A DNA stretch of 64,000 bases, taken from the NCBI GenBank assembly GCA_964473815.1, contig CAYYQK010000005.1, forward strand, positions 3,847-67,846. The letters run 5' to 3'. A program made the translations under genes and the position numbers. This DNA is from an uncultured Candidatus Saccharibacteria bacterium. Lineage in GTDB: Bacteria > Patescibacteriota > Doudnabacteria > UBA920. The notes beneath the pieces are model-generated. The model was not told the origin of the DNA. It saw nothing but the letters and a program-made list of their open reading frames with translations, and did no database searches. Positions 35,639 through 46,827 of this stretch are shown here, piece by piece; positions within the stretch are counted from its first letter, which is position 1, and each line of letters begins with the position of its first letter.

Positions 35639-35998
35639 ATGGACGCCCTAAAAGATCAGATCTACATACTCGAAACCCAGCTTTTACATGCTGATGTACG
35701 CAATTCACGCACTGCTCTTGATGAACTTCTTTCGGAAGATTTTTTGGAGTTCGCCGGAAGTGGAAATATTTTCGACAAGAAAAAAATCCTCGATAGCCTG
35801 CCTGGCGCCCCGACACCGCATTTCATCATGCATGACTTTGCTATCCATGAACTGTCACCGGTTTTAATTCTTGCTACCTATAAAATGGAAAAACAAGATA
35901 ACGACAGCGAATTTTCACTGCGCAGTTCGATTTGGCAAAAGGAACAAAATGCCTGGAAAATGCGTTTCCACCAAGGGACAATTTTAACTAAACAATAA
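35639..35998 (+). CDS. DUF4440 / NTF2-like (SnoaL-like) protein
   Basis: 'LDELLSEDFLEFAGSGNIFDKKKILDSL' resembles DUF4440. Confidence 0.4.
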   Translation: MDALKDQIYILETQLLHADVRNSRTALDELLSEDFLEFAGSGNIFDKKKILDSLPGAPTPHFIMHDFAIHELSPVLILATYKMEKQDNDSEFSLRSSIWQKEQNAWKMRFHQGTILTKQ

Positions 35999-36016
35999 TT
36001 ATTAATCACTACTTTT

Positions 36017-36433
36017 ATGAATCCCGTAGTACATTTTGAACTGCCAGTCGAAGATCGCGACCGCGCCAGCGAATTTTATAACAAAGCTTTTGGCTGGAAC
36101 GCAAATAAACTGGGTGAAGACATGGGCAACTACACTGTTGTGCAAACCACTGACACCGACGAAAATCGCATGCCAAAAACCCCCGGCCAAATTAATGGCG
36201 GGCTGTACATGAAAACTAAAGATGATCAATTCCCCACTGTTGTAATTGCCGTAGATGACATCCACGAGTCAATGAAAAAAGTTGAAGAAGCGGGTGGTCA
36301 AATTATTGGTGGTGGCCATGCTGCTGGTGAACCAGATGATATTCCTGGTGTTGGCCTCTACATTGCTGTTCGCGATTCCGAAGGCAATCGCATTGCGATC
36401 CTACAACCTAAAGGCATGGGCCCGCAAAATTAA
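36017..36433 (+). CDS. VOC/glyoxalase family protein
   Basis: 'VVHFELPVEDRDRASEFYNKAFGW' glyoxalase-like beta-alpha-beta-beta-beta start. Confidence 0.55.
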   Translation: MNPVVHFELPVEDRDRASEFYNKAFGWNANKLGEDMGNYTVVQTTDTDENRMPKTPGQINGGLYMKTKDDQFPTVVIAVDDIHESMKKVEEAGGQIIGGGHAAGEPDDIPGVGLYIAVRDSEGNRIAILQPKGMGPQN

Positions 36434-36485
36434 GTCAGAAATATTAGACGCTTTCGGCGTCTTTTATTTTTGATATAATAAAGTC

Positions 36486-37055
36486 ATGAATAAGAAAAAT
36501 TTTTGGCCATTTTTTATCTTTGCCATTATTCTGATCGTAATGGCCGCGATCGAACACTTCCAAGGCCGCCTCACCTATTGTGCTTGCGGATACATTAAAG
36601 TGTGGCACGGCATCGTTAATGATTCTGGCGACTCGCAGCACTTGTTTGACTGGTACTCTTTCACACATGTCTTACATGGTGTTCTTTTTTACTTTGGCCT
36701 GTGGTTAATAGACAGAAAAAAGAAACTCACTCTAACAACAAAATTTTTAATCGCCATTGGCCTAGCCGCTGGCTGGGAGATCTTAGAAAATTCTTCTTAC
36801 ATTATTGATCGTTACCGCACCGCCACATTTTCACTCAATTATTACGGTGACACAGTAATTAATTCTGTGGGTGACGTCATTTCCGCAGCGATCGGTTTCT
36901 TTATTACCTCGCGTGTGCGCTGGTGGATGTCACTCATTTTATTTATCGCCATCGAAACAATGCTCGCACTTGTAATTCGCGACAACCTGACCATCAACAT
37001 CATCATGTTGATTCACCCAATCGAAGCAATCAAAACCTGGCAGCAAGGTTTGTAA
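36486..37055 (+). CDS. Polytopic membrane protein, hypothetical
   Basis: 189 aa, 4-5 TM helices. Confidence 0.35.
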   Translation: MNKKNFWPFFIFAIILIVMAAIEHFQGRLTYCACGYIKVWHGIVNDSGDSQHLFDWYSFTHVLHGVLFYFGLWLIDRKKKLTLTTKFLIAIGLAAGWEILENSSYIIDRYRTATFSLNYYGDTVINSVGDVISAAIGFFITSRVRWWMSLILFIAIETMLALVIRDNLTINIIMLIHPIEAIKTWQQGL

Positions 37056-37517
37056 CTCATTTTATAGAAAAAATAAAAAGCGGCGAGTCCTGAACACAAA
37101 TAGTTATTCATTTCTCGCCCCAGTTTTTGATGTGTCTTGCCTTCATCTCTTCAAGCTCAGCTTCATCTGAGATGATGTCGAACTCGCCCATGAACCACTC
37201 TTTGGGGAAGGATCGCTTACATGTGCTCTCCTTATAACTTTTACACAATCTCTTTTGAGTAGCGTGGGTCATGCATTGGCAAAACATCCGTAAAGTATAC
37301 ATCTCAAAGCGATCGTCAATTTCGACCACCTGGCCGAATGAATGATCTGGTCAGTCGAACGGGTCTTTATCCGCTATTGGGAAGGGTCTTCTGCGAACCC
37401 AATTGCCTATCTTCGGAACATCAGACATAATACACCTCCTTCATTACTTATCCGTTTCAGGATATACTAATATAAACTTTTTACAATTAAATTGCAACTG
37501 TTAAATAAATAAAATAT

Positions 37518-38033
37518 ATGCAAAAAATTACTCCATTTCTGTGGTTTAATACCGAGGCCGAAGAAGCTATGAACTTCTACACCAGTGTATTCGCCAGTCG
37601 TCCTGGCACTGCAAACGGCGAATCAAAAGTTGCCAGCATTAAAAGATACCCAGATGGTCCACTGGAAGGCCCGATGAAAGGCATGGAAGGCAAAGTCCTT
37701 ACTGCTGAATTCTTACTCGATGGCCAGCGCTTTCTTTGCTTAGACGGCGGTCCAATCTTTAAACCAACTGCGGCGATGTCACTTTACGTAGAATGCGAAG
37801 ATCAAGCAGAAGTCGATCATTTTTGGACAAAGTTAAGCGAAGGTGGTAATCCAGAAATGCAACAATGCGGCTGGCTGCAAGACCGTTTTGGTTTCTCCTG
37901 GCAGATTATTCCAAAAGCACTTCCCCAACTTCTCACAGACCCAGACAAAGCAAAAGCAGACCGTGTTCTCGCGGCCATGATGCAAATGAAAAAAATTGAT
38001 GTCGCTGGCTTGGAAGCCGCGGCAGGCGTATAA
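37518..38033 (+). CDS. VOC family protein (PhnB/YjdN-like)
   Basis: 'MQKITPFLWFNTEAEEAMNFYTSVF' characteristic PhnB-like start. Confidence 0.55.
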   Translation: MQKITPFLWFNTEAEEAMNFYTSVFASRPGTANGESKVASIKRYPDGPLEGPMKGMEGKVLTAEFLLDGQRFLCLDGGPIFKPTAAMSLYVECEDQAEVDHFWTKLSEGGNPEMQQCGWLQDRFGFSWQIIPKALPQLLTDPDKAKADRVLAAMMQMKKIDVAGLEAAAGV

Positions 38034-38205
38034 TAAAAGTATGAAAATTAAGATTGAGCAACACACAATTTCAGGGGCAACCTGGATTGCTGCATGGTTA
38101 TTCACCATCGGCTTTCTGCACTTGTCCTTCTGGGCTGGTGTTTTGGCCATTCTAATTTGGCCATACTACTTAGGCGCACACTTCGCCCACTAATCTAAAT
38201 CCAAA

Positions 38206-38715
38206 ATGGATCACGATCACTCGCAACACGAGCTCGAGGCCACGCCTTTAGAGTACCTAAAATTTTGCGGAGTAATTTTAGGAATTATTCTTCTGTCATA
38301 CGCAGTCTCGACTTTCGGACAAACTTTCTCTTGGCAAAACTTCTTCCCAAAATTTATGGGAATGTTTTTCTTGGTGTTCGCGTTATTTAAATTTCTCGAC
38401 CTGCTCGGCTTTGCCACTTCTTACATTGGCTACGATGTCATCGCCAAACGTTCAATTACTTACGCTTACATCTACCCGTTCATAGAATTAGCAATGGCAC
38501 TTGGTTACTTATTTAAAATCCCTTACACAGAAGGGGTCACTTTGGTGTTCATGGCAATCGGTTCAATTGGAGTCCTTCGCGAACTGATGCGCCACAGCAA
38601 CATCAAATGCGCTTGCCTCGGCACTTACATTAAATTACCACTCACCACGGTGAGTTTAATAGAAGATGTGGTCATGGGGATAATGGCCTTGCTAATGATC
38701 CTCAAAATCTTCTAA
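38206..38715 (+). CDS. MauE/DoxX-like membrane protein
   Basis: 169 aa, 4 TM helices; weak family guess. Confidence 0.35.
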   Translation: MDHDHSQHELEATPLEYLKFCGVILGIILLSYAVSTFGQTFSWQNFFPKFMGMFFLVFALFKFLDLLGFATSYIGYDVIAKRSITYAYIYPFIELAMALGYLFKIPYTEGVTLVFMAIGSIGVLRELMRHSNIKCACLGTYIKLPLTTVSLIEDVVMGIMALLMILKIF

Positions 38716-38724
38716 ACTAAAACT

Positions 38725-38991
38725 ATGACCGAACAAGAAGCCATTACCAAACTTGAACAACTGGGATACACCGATGTTCACATCGTGCGTTTTGAGGCTG
38801 GCCACCAACTCGGCCAACACACTCACGACCTCATGACCGGTCACATTATTCTCACCGGAGAAATGTTTGTAACCGATGAAGATGGTACAGACGTGATCGA
38901 AAAAGGAGACTTGTTTGAAGTCCCTGCCGGAACTACTCATTCAGTTTCCGTTGGTACCGAGCCGTGCGCCATGGCCATGGGCACGAAGTAG
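38725..38991 (+). CDS. Cupin domain protein
   Basis: 88 aa 'GQHTHDLMTGHIILTGE...GDLFEVPAGTTHSV' two-His cupin motifs. Confidence 0.5.
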   Translation: MTEQEAITKLEQLGYTDVHIVRFEAGHQLGQHTHDLMTGHIILTGEMFVTDEDGTDVIEKGDLFEVPAGTTHSVSVGTEPCAMAMGTK

Positions 38992-39007
38992 CTATTGCTA
39001 CTGCCAG

Positions 39008-40504
39008 CTATTGCTGCCGCGCCAACTGCAACGCTTTTTCTCTTGCAATATTATAGGACTGCCAACTTTCAGTTTTTGGCAGTTTTTGTTTAGACTTTTC
39101 GATGTAATCGCGCTGCAACTGCTTATCTTCTTCAGTAGTTGGATTAAACTTTTCCAAAATTACCGGTGTTGCATCTGCTGACAAAGACAGTAAATATTTC
39201 GCGTCCAATTTGTCGGTACCAGCAAACTGCGTAAGATTTTTCTGAGCTACGTATTTATCCGGATTCAAAATATCCATTCCAACAAAAAAACAAATCAATA
39301 TTATTATTGTCCCAAGTGCAAAGAATGCATGTGGTTTGTTTTGAATTAACTTGATAGCCAACAGCACAAAAATTGCAGCAAGGAAAGTAATAAACCCAAA
39401 AACATACAAACGCATTTCGGTCATACCATATGCGGCCTGATATAAGGCCAGTCTTTGGAATGCTGAAATGATGATCACCATAACCTCTGCTGCAATTAGC
39501 AATGCCGGCAATATAAACCATTTTGTACGAGCTGCAAGTTTGCTAGTATAGTGATCAACACTCAATAAAATCAATAGCGTGCTAAAAGCCACGATCAACA
39601 ATTCCCAAAAACCCTTGCGGGCATATTCGGCGTAGGTGTATCCGGCAAAAGAAATATTTATTGCGCCTCCGAACATGTAATGCATCTGGAACAAGATGAA
39701 CAATAAAAACAAAGCAGCAATCAAAAATAAGAACACCGCGATTTCTATTTTCCGGTTTTCACCATTTTCATTTCCTAGCGGGCTAGCTATGTTTAGCAAT
39801 TCAGAAAGTTCCCCACTGATTTTATCTGAAGGATTAAATAGGTAGGCAAACAAACCCATGCACAAAATAAAAATTATAATGATAACTACAACTTGCGGGA
39901 TTAGTGTATCAGGAAGATGCCATGCAAAAGTGTTAGCAATAAACTGACGAAAGGCTAAATCTGCAGCAGCAAACAAAATTCCAAAAAATACTAGCACTGG
40001 TAAAGCAGTTAGAACTCCGATAAGTACCTGTCGGCTTTTCCCAAGTTGTACATTTTGAGCGCCCCGCAGCAAACTAAACAATGCGCCAAATCCGCGGCCC
40101 AAAAATTTAAATGGCCACAGTACTGCAGTAAAAAAATAATCAGCTAACGAAAAATTATTAATATTATCTAAAGTTACTGCTCGGACCATGAGCAAATACA
40201 TACCGAGGGCACCCAATGCATTTAAGAAGTCTACAAAACCATTGGCGCGCAGCATGGGCACAAAAATAAAAATCAAATATGGGAGTACAAACCACTGAGC
40301 AGGTTTAAAATTTAATTGACGACTACGCGTAAACCAAAACAGCATCCCCAAAACAAGCACACCATAAATAGTTACCGACACTCCCCAAATTTTGTTGAAA
40401 AATAAGTAATCAAATATAACCGCCAAAAAGCCGGCTACTAGAGGCCAGGGCCAGAACGAACTCATTTTTATATTAGTATCTTTGGTTTCAGCTGTAGTAT
40501 CCAT
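39008..40504 (-). CDS. Large polytopic membrane protein, hypothetical
   Basis: 498 aa with more than 10 TM helices. Confidence 0.4.
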   Translation of the reverse strand: MDTTAETKDTNIKMSSFWPWPLVAGFLAVIFDYLFFNKIWGVSVTIYGVLVLGMLFWFTRSRQLNFKPAQWFVLPYLIFIFVPMLRANGFVDFLNALGALGMYLLMVRAVTLDNINNFSLADYFFTAVLWPFKFLGRGFGALFSLLRGAQNVQLGKSRQVLIGVLTALPVLVFFGILFAAADLAFRQFIANTFAWHLPDTLIPQVVVIIIIFILCMGLFAYLFNPSDKISGELSELLNIASPLGNENGENRKIEIAVFLFLIAALFLLFILFQMHYMFGGAINISFAGYTYAEYARKGFWELLIVAFSTLLILLSVDHYTSKLAARTKWFILPALLIAAEVMVIIISAFQRLALYQAAYGMTEMRLYVFGFITFLAAIFVLLAIKLIQNKPHAFFALGTIIILICFFVGMDILNPDKYVAQKNLTQFAGTDKLDAKYLLSLSADATPVILEKFNPTTEEDKQLQRDYIEKSKQKLPKTESWQSYNIAREKALQLARQQ

Positions 40505-40606
40505 ATATTTATTATACGCCTCTGATTAGTGAAAGTAACTTGAAATTTTCCCGCTTACTCATGCGAAAACTGGATTTTTTTGTCAGAGTGTGCTATAATA
40601 ATAAAG

Positions 40607-41047
40607 ATGAAGTCTAAATTGAAACCAAAACGCAACTTTTTGCACACTTTATTCGAAGCCAGCGTGATTATCAAGGCTATTAATGGTACTTGGGAAACAA
40701 TCAGCGGGCTTGGTTTGTTATTATTCAGCCATGTGACAGTTGCTCACGCTTTTTCTGGAATCGCTAAACACGACATGACTCGCGGTACCCAAGACTTTGC
40801 CGGCATATATATATTAAGCCATGGGGTTGTGAATATTTTCTTAGCCTACTATTTGTACAAACAAAAACTGTGGGCCTTCTGGGTCTCTATTAGCTTCTTT
40901 GGTGCCTCCATGCTGTATCTGGGTTACCGCGCCATGAATCACCCATCGCTAATTCTCTACTGGTTAATTTTGTTTGATGCGATTTGCATTTATCTAACTA
41001 TTCACGAATACAACTATCGCAAAACTTTAGCCGCTACCGCAAAATAG
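40607..41047 (+). CDS. Membrane protein (DUF2127-like), hypothetical
   Basis: 4 TM helices; the start is probably 'MKSKLKPK' rather than the ORF-track 40580. Confidence 0.3.
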   Translation: MKSKLKPKRNFLHTLFEASVIIKAINGTWETISGLGLLLFSHVTVAHAFSGIAKHDMTRGTQDFAGIYILSHGVVNIFLAYYLYKQKLWAFWVSISFFGASMLYLGYRAMNHPSLILYWLILFDAICIYLTIHEYNYRKTLAATAK

Positions 41048-41087
41048 TTTTCAATAATTTTAAAAGCCGACATTGCTGTCGGCTTTT

Positions 41088-42158
41088 TTATTCTCCCTGG
41101 TCGTAGTTCTCCAGGTAAGTGGTCAATTGTTTGTTTACCCGAATGAATGTCGCGCATTTAGAAAATTCTTTTAATCGGCGAGCGCCAATGTAAGTTCCAG
41201 TACTACGCAGAGCACCAAACAGATCTTGCAAGAAATTGGCAATCGGTCCTTTGTAAGGCATTAAAACATAACGGCCTTCGCTTGCCCGATGAGTTTCTTT
41301 TTTACCATAAAATTCTTGTAACGCTTTATTCGAAGAGGATCCAAAATATTCTTTAAATTTCTTGCCATCTTTTTCGATTAAAGCGCCGGCGCTTTCATCA
41401 AAACCGGAAAATAGCGAACCGCACATATTGAAATCTGCGCCAGCGCAGAAAGCTTTGGCAATACATGACGGATATTGCTGGCCGCCGTCCGCAATAACTA
41501 ACCCCACGCCCTGGTCGTTAGCAATACCGTGAGCTGCGTCTGCGCATTCAATTACTGCAGAGAGTTGAGGGTAACCAACCCCGGTCATGCGACGGGTTGT
41601 GCAACTCGAACCAGGGCCAATTCCAACCTTTACTATGTCTGCGCCTGATAAAATAATTTCTTCAGTCATTTCGTTGGTTACAACATTACCGGCAATAATG
41701 ATATGTTCAGGCAAAAGCGCACGGACTTCCTTAATGGCAGCCATGAATCTTTCCAAATAACCATTCGGGACATCAATACAGACAAAAGAAAAGTGTTTCA
41801 TTAGATCTGCTGCCAACATTTCTTTAAGTTTTTCAATATCTTCGTCGCGGATCCCTAAAGTGTATGCAATGTAATCGGGATCATTAAAGTCTTCGAAAAA
41901 CTTTTTATAATCTTCAACCTTGTAATACTTATGGAAAGTGGTGATCATTTTGTGCGGCGATAAAACCTTCGCCATCTCGAAGGTGCCGCAGGTAGCCATA
42001 TTGGCAGTCATAATCGGTACGCCTTTCCATCGCTTGGGTGAGTGGTAAAAACGAAACTCACGCTCGAGATCAACTTCTTTGCGTGAGTTTAAAGTGCTTC
42101 GCTTGGGGCGTAGCAATACATCAGAATAGTCTAATTTTATTTCACTTTCGAGTCTCAT
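41088..42158 (-). CDS. guaC: GMP reductase / IMPDH-family enzyme without CBS insert
   Basis: 356 aa TIM-barrel; '[11 protein letters not shown]' catalytic Cys loop of the IMPDH/GMPR family. Confidence 0.65.
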   Translation of the reverse strand: MRLESEIKLDYSDVLLRPKRSTLNSRKEVDLEREFRFYHSPKRWKGVPIMTANMATCGTFEMAKVLSPHKMITTFHKYYKVEDYKKFFEDFNDPDYIAYTLGIRDEDIEKLKEMLAADLMKHFSFVCIDVPNGYLERFMAAIKEVRALLPEHIIIAGNVVTNEMTEEIILSGADIVKVGIGPGSSCTTRRMTGVGYPQLSAVIECADAAHGIANDQGVGLVIADGGQQYPSCIAKAFCAGADFNMCGSLFSGFDESAGALIEKDGKKFKEYFGSSSNKALQEFYGKKETHRASEGRYVLMPYKGPIANFLQDLFGALRSTGTYIGARRLKEFSKCATFIRVNKQLTTYLENYDQGE

Positions 42159-42200
42159 TTGTGATTCTATGATCGGAGGATTTTAACCTTCGATATAGTA

Positions 42201-42446
42201 TCACTGATCGGCAATCGCTGCAATACGCCGGAAGGCTTCATCGACCACAGCTTCGTCTTTAGTTAAAACTAACAAGCCGCTGCGAATGCGGATCGCTAAA
42301 ATGTGAATATCGCCTTTATCGATCTTTTTAACTTCTTTACGTAGGTGAGTGGTAGTCTGCCGCGCCAAAAAGCGATCCGCGGCAGGACCTAAATAGTCTT
42401 TTACGATTTCTAAAATTTGGTCATATAAATGATCTTCTGGGGTCAT
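42201..42446 (-). CDS. Small hypothetical protein
   Basis: 81 aa, translationally coupled to the upstream membrane gene. Confidence 0.3.
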   Translation of the reverse strand: MTPEDHLYDQILEIVKDYLGPAADRFLARQTTTHLRKEVKKIDKGDIHILAIRIRSGLLVLTKDEAVVDEAFRRIAAIADQ

Positions 42447-43423
42447 TTAACCTCCTCGATTTCCACCAGTTTGCGGGCTCCCCTAGCGATCAATAAATAT
42501 CCAATTGCGATTGCTAACAGAATCAGGTAAATGATTATTAAAACGATTTTAATTGTAGCGTGATTCAATGACTGAGTAGCTTGGCTTAAAAATTGCAAAC
42601 CAATCAATAACGAAATCGTGGCAGTTAAACCAGTTGCTAGTGATAGAAAACTTTTTCGGTAAATAATGCCTGTGACAGTTTTTGCATAGGACCAAAAATT
42701 CAAAATTGCTAAACCACCGAAAAACCAAATCAACACATACGGCACTATGACAGTCAACACAATTAACCAGTCAGGTAAAGCATAAGTTGGCTGAATGAGT
42801 GGATCTGTTGAAATACTACGGAACGGATTTTGGAAAACTAACCAGACATAAATAAAAGTTAAAATTGCCAGAGCTGCCAAAACTACAGGACGATACACCC
42901 CAGCCCATTCCACTCCCCCAATACTATGGATCAGGCTTCTGGATGCCTGGTACAAATACCAAAAACCAGTTCCATACAATACAATGGTCAAATAATTTCT
43001 TAAAATAATATTAAAAATTTGAGCAGTATGTGAATGAGGGAAATAAGTAAAGATTGTCGCAATTACAGAAGGAACAACAACTACCAACAACAGCATAAAT
43101 AGCCCTAAGGTAATAGTGAGAAAACCTTTGTGCTCCGGAGCATCTTTTATGAGCCTGCTGTACCGTCGAAACCAAACAACGCCAAACAGGGCCGCGGACC
43201 ATATCAAAAAATATGGCACTACAATGGTCAGGCGCAGTAAATTGGTCTGAGCAAGCGTTAAACCATATCGACTGACGGCTTCAGCCGCCGGGGCCAGCAA
43301 AGTCAGGGCTACATAACCGATCCAGACTACCGTGAGCCAGGCAAATGCGTGCCGCATATCGCTATAAGCGCGGATTTTGGTGTTATTCATAATAATAGGG
43401 TATGACGTGCTTATGAAAATCAT
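42443..43423 (-). CDS. Polytopic membrane protein, hypothetical
   Basis: 326 aa, 8 or more TM helices. Confidence 0.35.
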   Translation of the reverse strand: MIFISTSYPIIMNNTKIRAYSDMRHAFAWLTVVWIGYVALTLLAPAAEAVSRYGLTLAQTNLLRLTIVVPYFLIWSAALFGVVWFRRYSRLIKDAPEHKGFLTITLGLFMLLLVVVVPSVIATIFTYFPHSHTAQIFNIILRNYLTIVLYGTGFWYLYQASRSLIHSIGGVEWAGVYRPVVLAALAILTFIYVWLVFQNPFRSISTDPLIQPTYALPDWLIVLTVIVPYVLIWFFGGLAILNFWSYAKTVTGIIYRKSFLSLATGLTATISLLIGLQFLSQATQSLNHATIKIVLIIIYLILLAIAIGYLLIARGARKLVEIEEVK

Positions 43424-43452
43424 CTGAAATTCCCATCATCTAATTTTAACAT

Positions 43453-45642
43453 TTGGTTTATAATGTAAGTAATATGGATACGGAGCAATTTCTGAACGCG
43501 ATTGCCGACCACGCCCCTGGCATCGTTGCAATCCACGATATTCAGACTGGAAAATATCTTTATATGAACCGAGCCATCACTAAGATTCTAGGGTATCAGC
43601 CTGAGGATTTTATTAATGGCGGCTTAGAATTTGCGGTTTCACTGATGCATCCGGATGATTTAGAAAAAACCATGGCAGCTAACCAAAGTGCTTTAGAAGA
43701 AGCAAATTCCCGACCTGAAACAAAAAAAGAAGATGAACCATTTGTGAGTTTTGAATACCGCTTGCGCCATAAAAATGGCGAGTGGGTTTGGTTGCGCACG
43801 GAAGGAACGGTTTACGAGCGAGATGACAAGGGACAAGTTAAGCTAATTTTAAACATCTCCCTCGATATTAATGAGCGCAAAAAAAATGAAGACCAGCTTC
43901 ATAACCTTCGCCGAACCTTTGAGCAACAACTGAGCAAACAAACTAAAAAACTCAGCGACAGTGAAAAAATGTTTCGCCGAATTGTAGAAGTAGTTGAAGA
44001 CTACGCAATTTTCCATTTGGACAATGAAGGGCGCGTAACTAGTTGGAACGAAGGGATTGGTAATATTCTTGGCTACTCAGCCGAAGAAATTATGGGGAAG
44101 CCAATCCGAATCTTTTTTACCGAAGAAGGCCAAAAGCAAGGTGAACATCTCAGAGAACTTGAAGATGCCAAATCTAAAGGCACTGTGGTGCAGGAAGGAA
44201 TTCGGGTACGCAAAGATGGCACCACCTTTTTTGCAGTGGCAACAACCACTCCTATTTGGGATGAAAAGGGTGAGCTTCAGGGTTTTTCAAAAATTATGCG
44301 TGATGTAACAGAACTAAAAGAGGCGGAAGAAACAATTCGTTACCACGCCTTACATGACACTCTAACAGGCTTGGCTAACCGTAAAGCTTTAGATGATCAT
44401 TTTCAGTTAACTAAGTCTTCGGCCATTCGTAACGGGCATAAAATCGCTTTAATTTTCCTCGACTTAGACCGGTTTAAGACGATTAATGATACGCTTGGGC
44501 ATGGTATTGGGGATTTGATTTTGAAAGAAATGGCGCAGCGCCTTAAAGGTGCTGTGCGTAAAATTGACACCGTAGCGCGTCTCGGTGGTGATGAATTTAT
44601 TATTCTTGTAAACGAAGTTCATACCGCACAAAGCATTGCCCGAGTGGCTGAAAAAATATTAAAAGCTGTTGCGCCTATTACCCGCGTGCAAGATCACAGT
44701 TTACACGTGACTGCCAGCATGGGGATTGCTATGTTCCCTGATGACGGCCAGGATATTTACTCCTTGTTAAAAAACGCGGACACAGCTTTGTATCGTGCAA
44801 AAGACGCAGGCCGTAATCGGTATCAATTTTACGATTACAGTATGAATATGCAGTCGGTGTCGCAGTTGTCTTTAGAGCAAGATTTGCGAACATCGGTTTC
44901 TAATGACCAGATGCAGGTTTATTACCAACCATTTGTAAATTTGCAAACTGGTGAAGTCGCTGGAGTGGAAGCTTTGGTGCGCTGGAATCACCCCCAGCTG
45001 GGAACATTGTTGCCGTTTAACTTCATCCCTTTGGCAGAAGAAACTGGCATGATTGTCCCTCTAGGAAAATGGATTTTAGATACTGTTTGCAAACAAGGTA
45101 AAGAACTACAAGACTTAGGGCAAAACTTTAAGGTCAGTTTAAACCTGTCTGGTCGCCAATTTGCAGAAACCGAGTTGGTTGATACAATCAACATTGCCCT
45201 CTTGGAGACGGGCTTTAAAGCGGAGAATTTGGAACTGGAAATTACCGAAAGCGTGGCAATGGAAAATATCGCCCGCACCAGCAACAAACTAAACGCGTTA
45301 AAAGAAGCTGGTATGTCTATTGCTATTGATGACTTTGGTACAGGATATTCATCGTTAAGTTATTTGAAAAAATTCCCTGTTCAAAAATTAAAAATTGATA
45401 AGTCTTTTGTAAAGCACGCCATTACTGACCCACAAGATTCGACTATCATTCGCGCGATTATTTCGATGGGACAAAGTTTGGGTTTAAGTATTTGCGCAGA
45501 GGGCGTTGAAACTGAAGGCCAATACGAACTCTTAAAAATGATGGGCTGTGATTACGCCCAAGGCTATTTAATAGCTAAGCCATTATCTAGTGAGCAGTTA
45601 AAAAAATGGTTGCTCAAACGTGAATCAGTAGAGCTCAACTAA
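43453..45642 (+). CDS. PAS-PAS-GGDEF-EAL cyclic-di-GMP signalling protein
   Basis: 'RLGGDEFIIL' (GGDEF), 'EALVRW' (EAL), two PAS-like regions ('NERK', 'RKDGTTFF'). Confidence 0.85.
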   Translation: MVYNVSNMDTEQFLNAIADHAPGIVAIHDIQTGKYLYMNRAITKILGYQPEDFINGGLEFAVSLMHPDDLEKTMAANQSALEEANSRPETKKEDEPFVSFEYRLRHKNGEWVWLRTEGTVYERDDKGQVKLILNISLDINERKKNEDQLHNLRRTFEQQLSKQTKKLSDSEKMFRRIVEVVEDYAIFHLDNEGRVTSWNEGIGNILGYSAEEIMGKPIRIFFTEEGQKQGEHLRELEDAKSKGTVVQEGIRVRKDGTTFFAVATTTPIWDEKGELQGFSKIMRDVTELKEAEETIRYHALHDTLTGLANRKALDDHFQLTKSSAIRNGHKIALIFLDLDRFKTINDTLGHGIGDLILKEMAQRLKGAVRKIDTVARLGGDEFIILVNEVHTAQSIARVAEKILKAVAPITRVQDHSLHVTASMGIAMFPDDGQDIYSLLKNADTALYRAKDAGRNRYQFYDYSMNMQSVSQLSLEQDLRTSVSNDQMQVYYQPFVNLQTGEVAGVEALVRWNHPQLGTLLPFNFIPLAEETGMIVPLGKWILDTVCKQGKELQDLGQNFKVSLNLSGRQFAETELVDTINIALLETGFKAENLELEITESVAMENIARTSNKLNALKEAGMSIAIDDFGTGYSSLSYLKKFPVQKLKIDKSFVKHAITDPQDSTIIRAIISMGQSLGLSICAEGVETEGQYELLKMMGCDYAQGYLIAKPLSSEQLKKWLLKRESVELN

Positions 45643-46364
45643 TATTCGGTGAGCTTACCGGCTTTAATTTCGATTTTATCTGCCTTTCGTAAAGTTTTAA
45701 TTTGTGTCGGACTTAAAATTTGGTTATGTGGGGAATCGGCCAGTTTTTGAATTAGTTCCATAATCCCCTGTTGAGAGGTTAACCAATTTAGTCTTGCGAT
45801 ACTCGGTTTGGAAAGATCAAATGGTTTTGAAAAAGTTCGCAATGTTTTTTGCCCTGTAGAGTTCAAAAAATATTCGTGAAAGTAAGACATTGCTAGTTCC
45901 CGCACGCCTGAGTAAACTGGTTCACGGTAACGCAAAACTGCGTGATTAGTTTTGCTAATTGCGCCCCAAAACTTATTTTTCGGACCACCACGAAATATTG
46001 CTACAACATGGTCTTCGTCATTTGGTGTGGTAGTAAGGTCGAGCAATAGCGGTTTGCGCCCGTGGTACCACAGTGCTGCCGCGGCTAATAAAGCGCCTTC
46101 AAAACAGTGCGCTGTTTGTTTATGCAACACTTGCTGTACGCAAAAACAGGGATCATCATCCGAAAAATTCATAGGAAGAGAGTTGAGATAATCCTGAATT
46201 TTTGCAGGAGAATTTAAACGTGCTAAAGTTTTCCGATCTGCTTTACTCAGATGCAAAAAAGCCGCAGCAGATTTTTTAATCTTGTGCGGCATTGTTAAAC
46301 CCTTTTTCAAATGCATCTTTGATTGGAATAATGTAACCATCCTGAAAAGATTCATCTGTATCAC
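45639..46364 (-). CDS. Hypothetical protein with possible Cys-protease/transglutaminase-like core
   Basis: 'CFEGALLAAAALWYHG' Cys...His arrangement; weak. Confidence 0.3.
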   Translation of the reverse strand: MIQMNLFRMVTLFQSKMHLKKGLTMPHKIKKSAAAFLHLSKADRKTLARLNSPAKIQDYLNSLPMNFSDDDPCFCVQQVLHKQTAHCFEGALLAAAALWYHGRKPLLLDLTTTPNDEDHVVAIFRGGPKNKFWGAISKTNHAVLRYREPVYSGVRELAMSYFHEYFLNSTGQKTLRTFSKPFDLSKPSIARLNWLTSQQGIMELIQKLADSPHNQILSPTQIKTLRKADKIEIKAGKLTEY

Positions 46365-46827
46365 CTGACATCATCGATGGAGCAACGTAATAAATTCCTT
46401 TGAAATTATACTTTGCATATTTTTCAAATTTGTCATCACTAAACACATGCTGAGCAGTTTTGTGATTCATATACCCTTGTACCACAAGGATAATCTGCGA
46501 CAGATCCTCACCCTGATTAGTCAGCCGCTCATTTTTATGCTCAATAGCGTTAATAGTGGGCTCTTCGGTGTAGTCAGCGCTTTGGGTTTGTTCATAGGCC
46601 ATAAAGGGCAATTCTACAGCATGAGTAAGTTGCAATTTTAGTTCTGGGAGATTGCCACTCTTGGAAATTGCGTACATATCGACCGGAGAGTTTTCTGTAC
46701 GTTCTGGCACCAGGTCATAATCAAAACCGTATTGCTTGTTTATTGAGCGCACGAAAACTGAGGCCCAAACATGTTCATCATTTCGTTTGTTGGTTTCGGA
46801 ATCCATAAAGTTATGCTGTCTATTCAA
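46276..46827 (-). CDS. Hypothetical protein
   Basis: 183 aa ORF; overlaps its neighbour, so one of the two starts is shorter. Confidence 0.3.
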   Translation of the reverse strand: MNRQHNFMDSETNKRNDEHVWASVFVRSINKQYGFDYDLVPERTENSPVDMYAISKSGNLPELKLQLTHAVELPFMAYEQTQSADYTEEPTINAIEHKNERLTNQGEDLSQIILVVQGYMNHKTAQHVFSDDKFEKYAKYNFKGIYYVAPSMMSGDTDESFQDGYIIPIKDAFEKGFNNAAQD

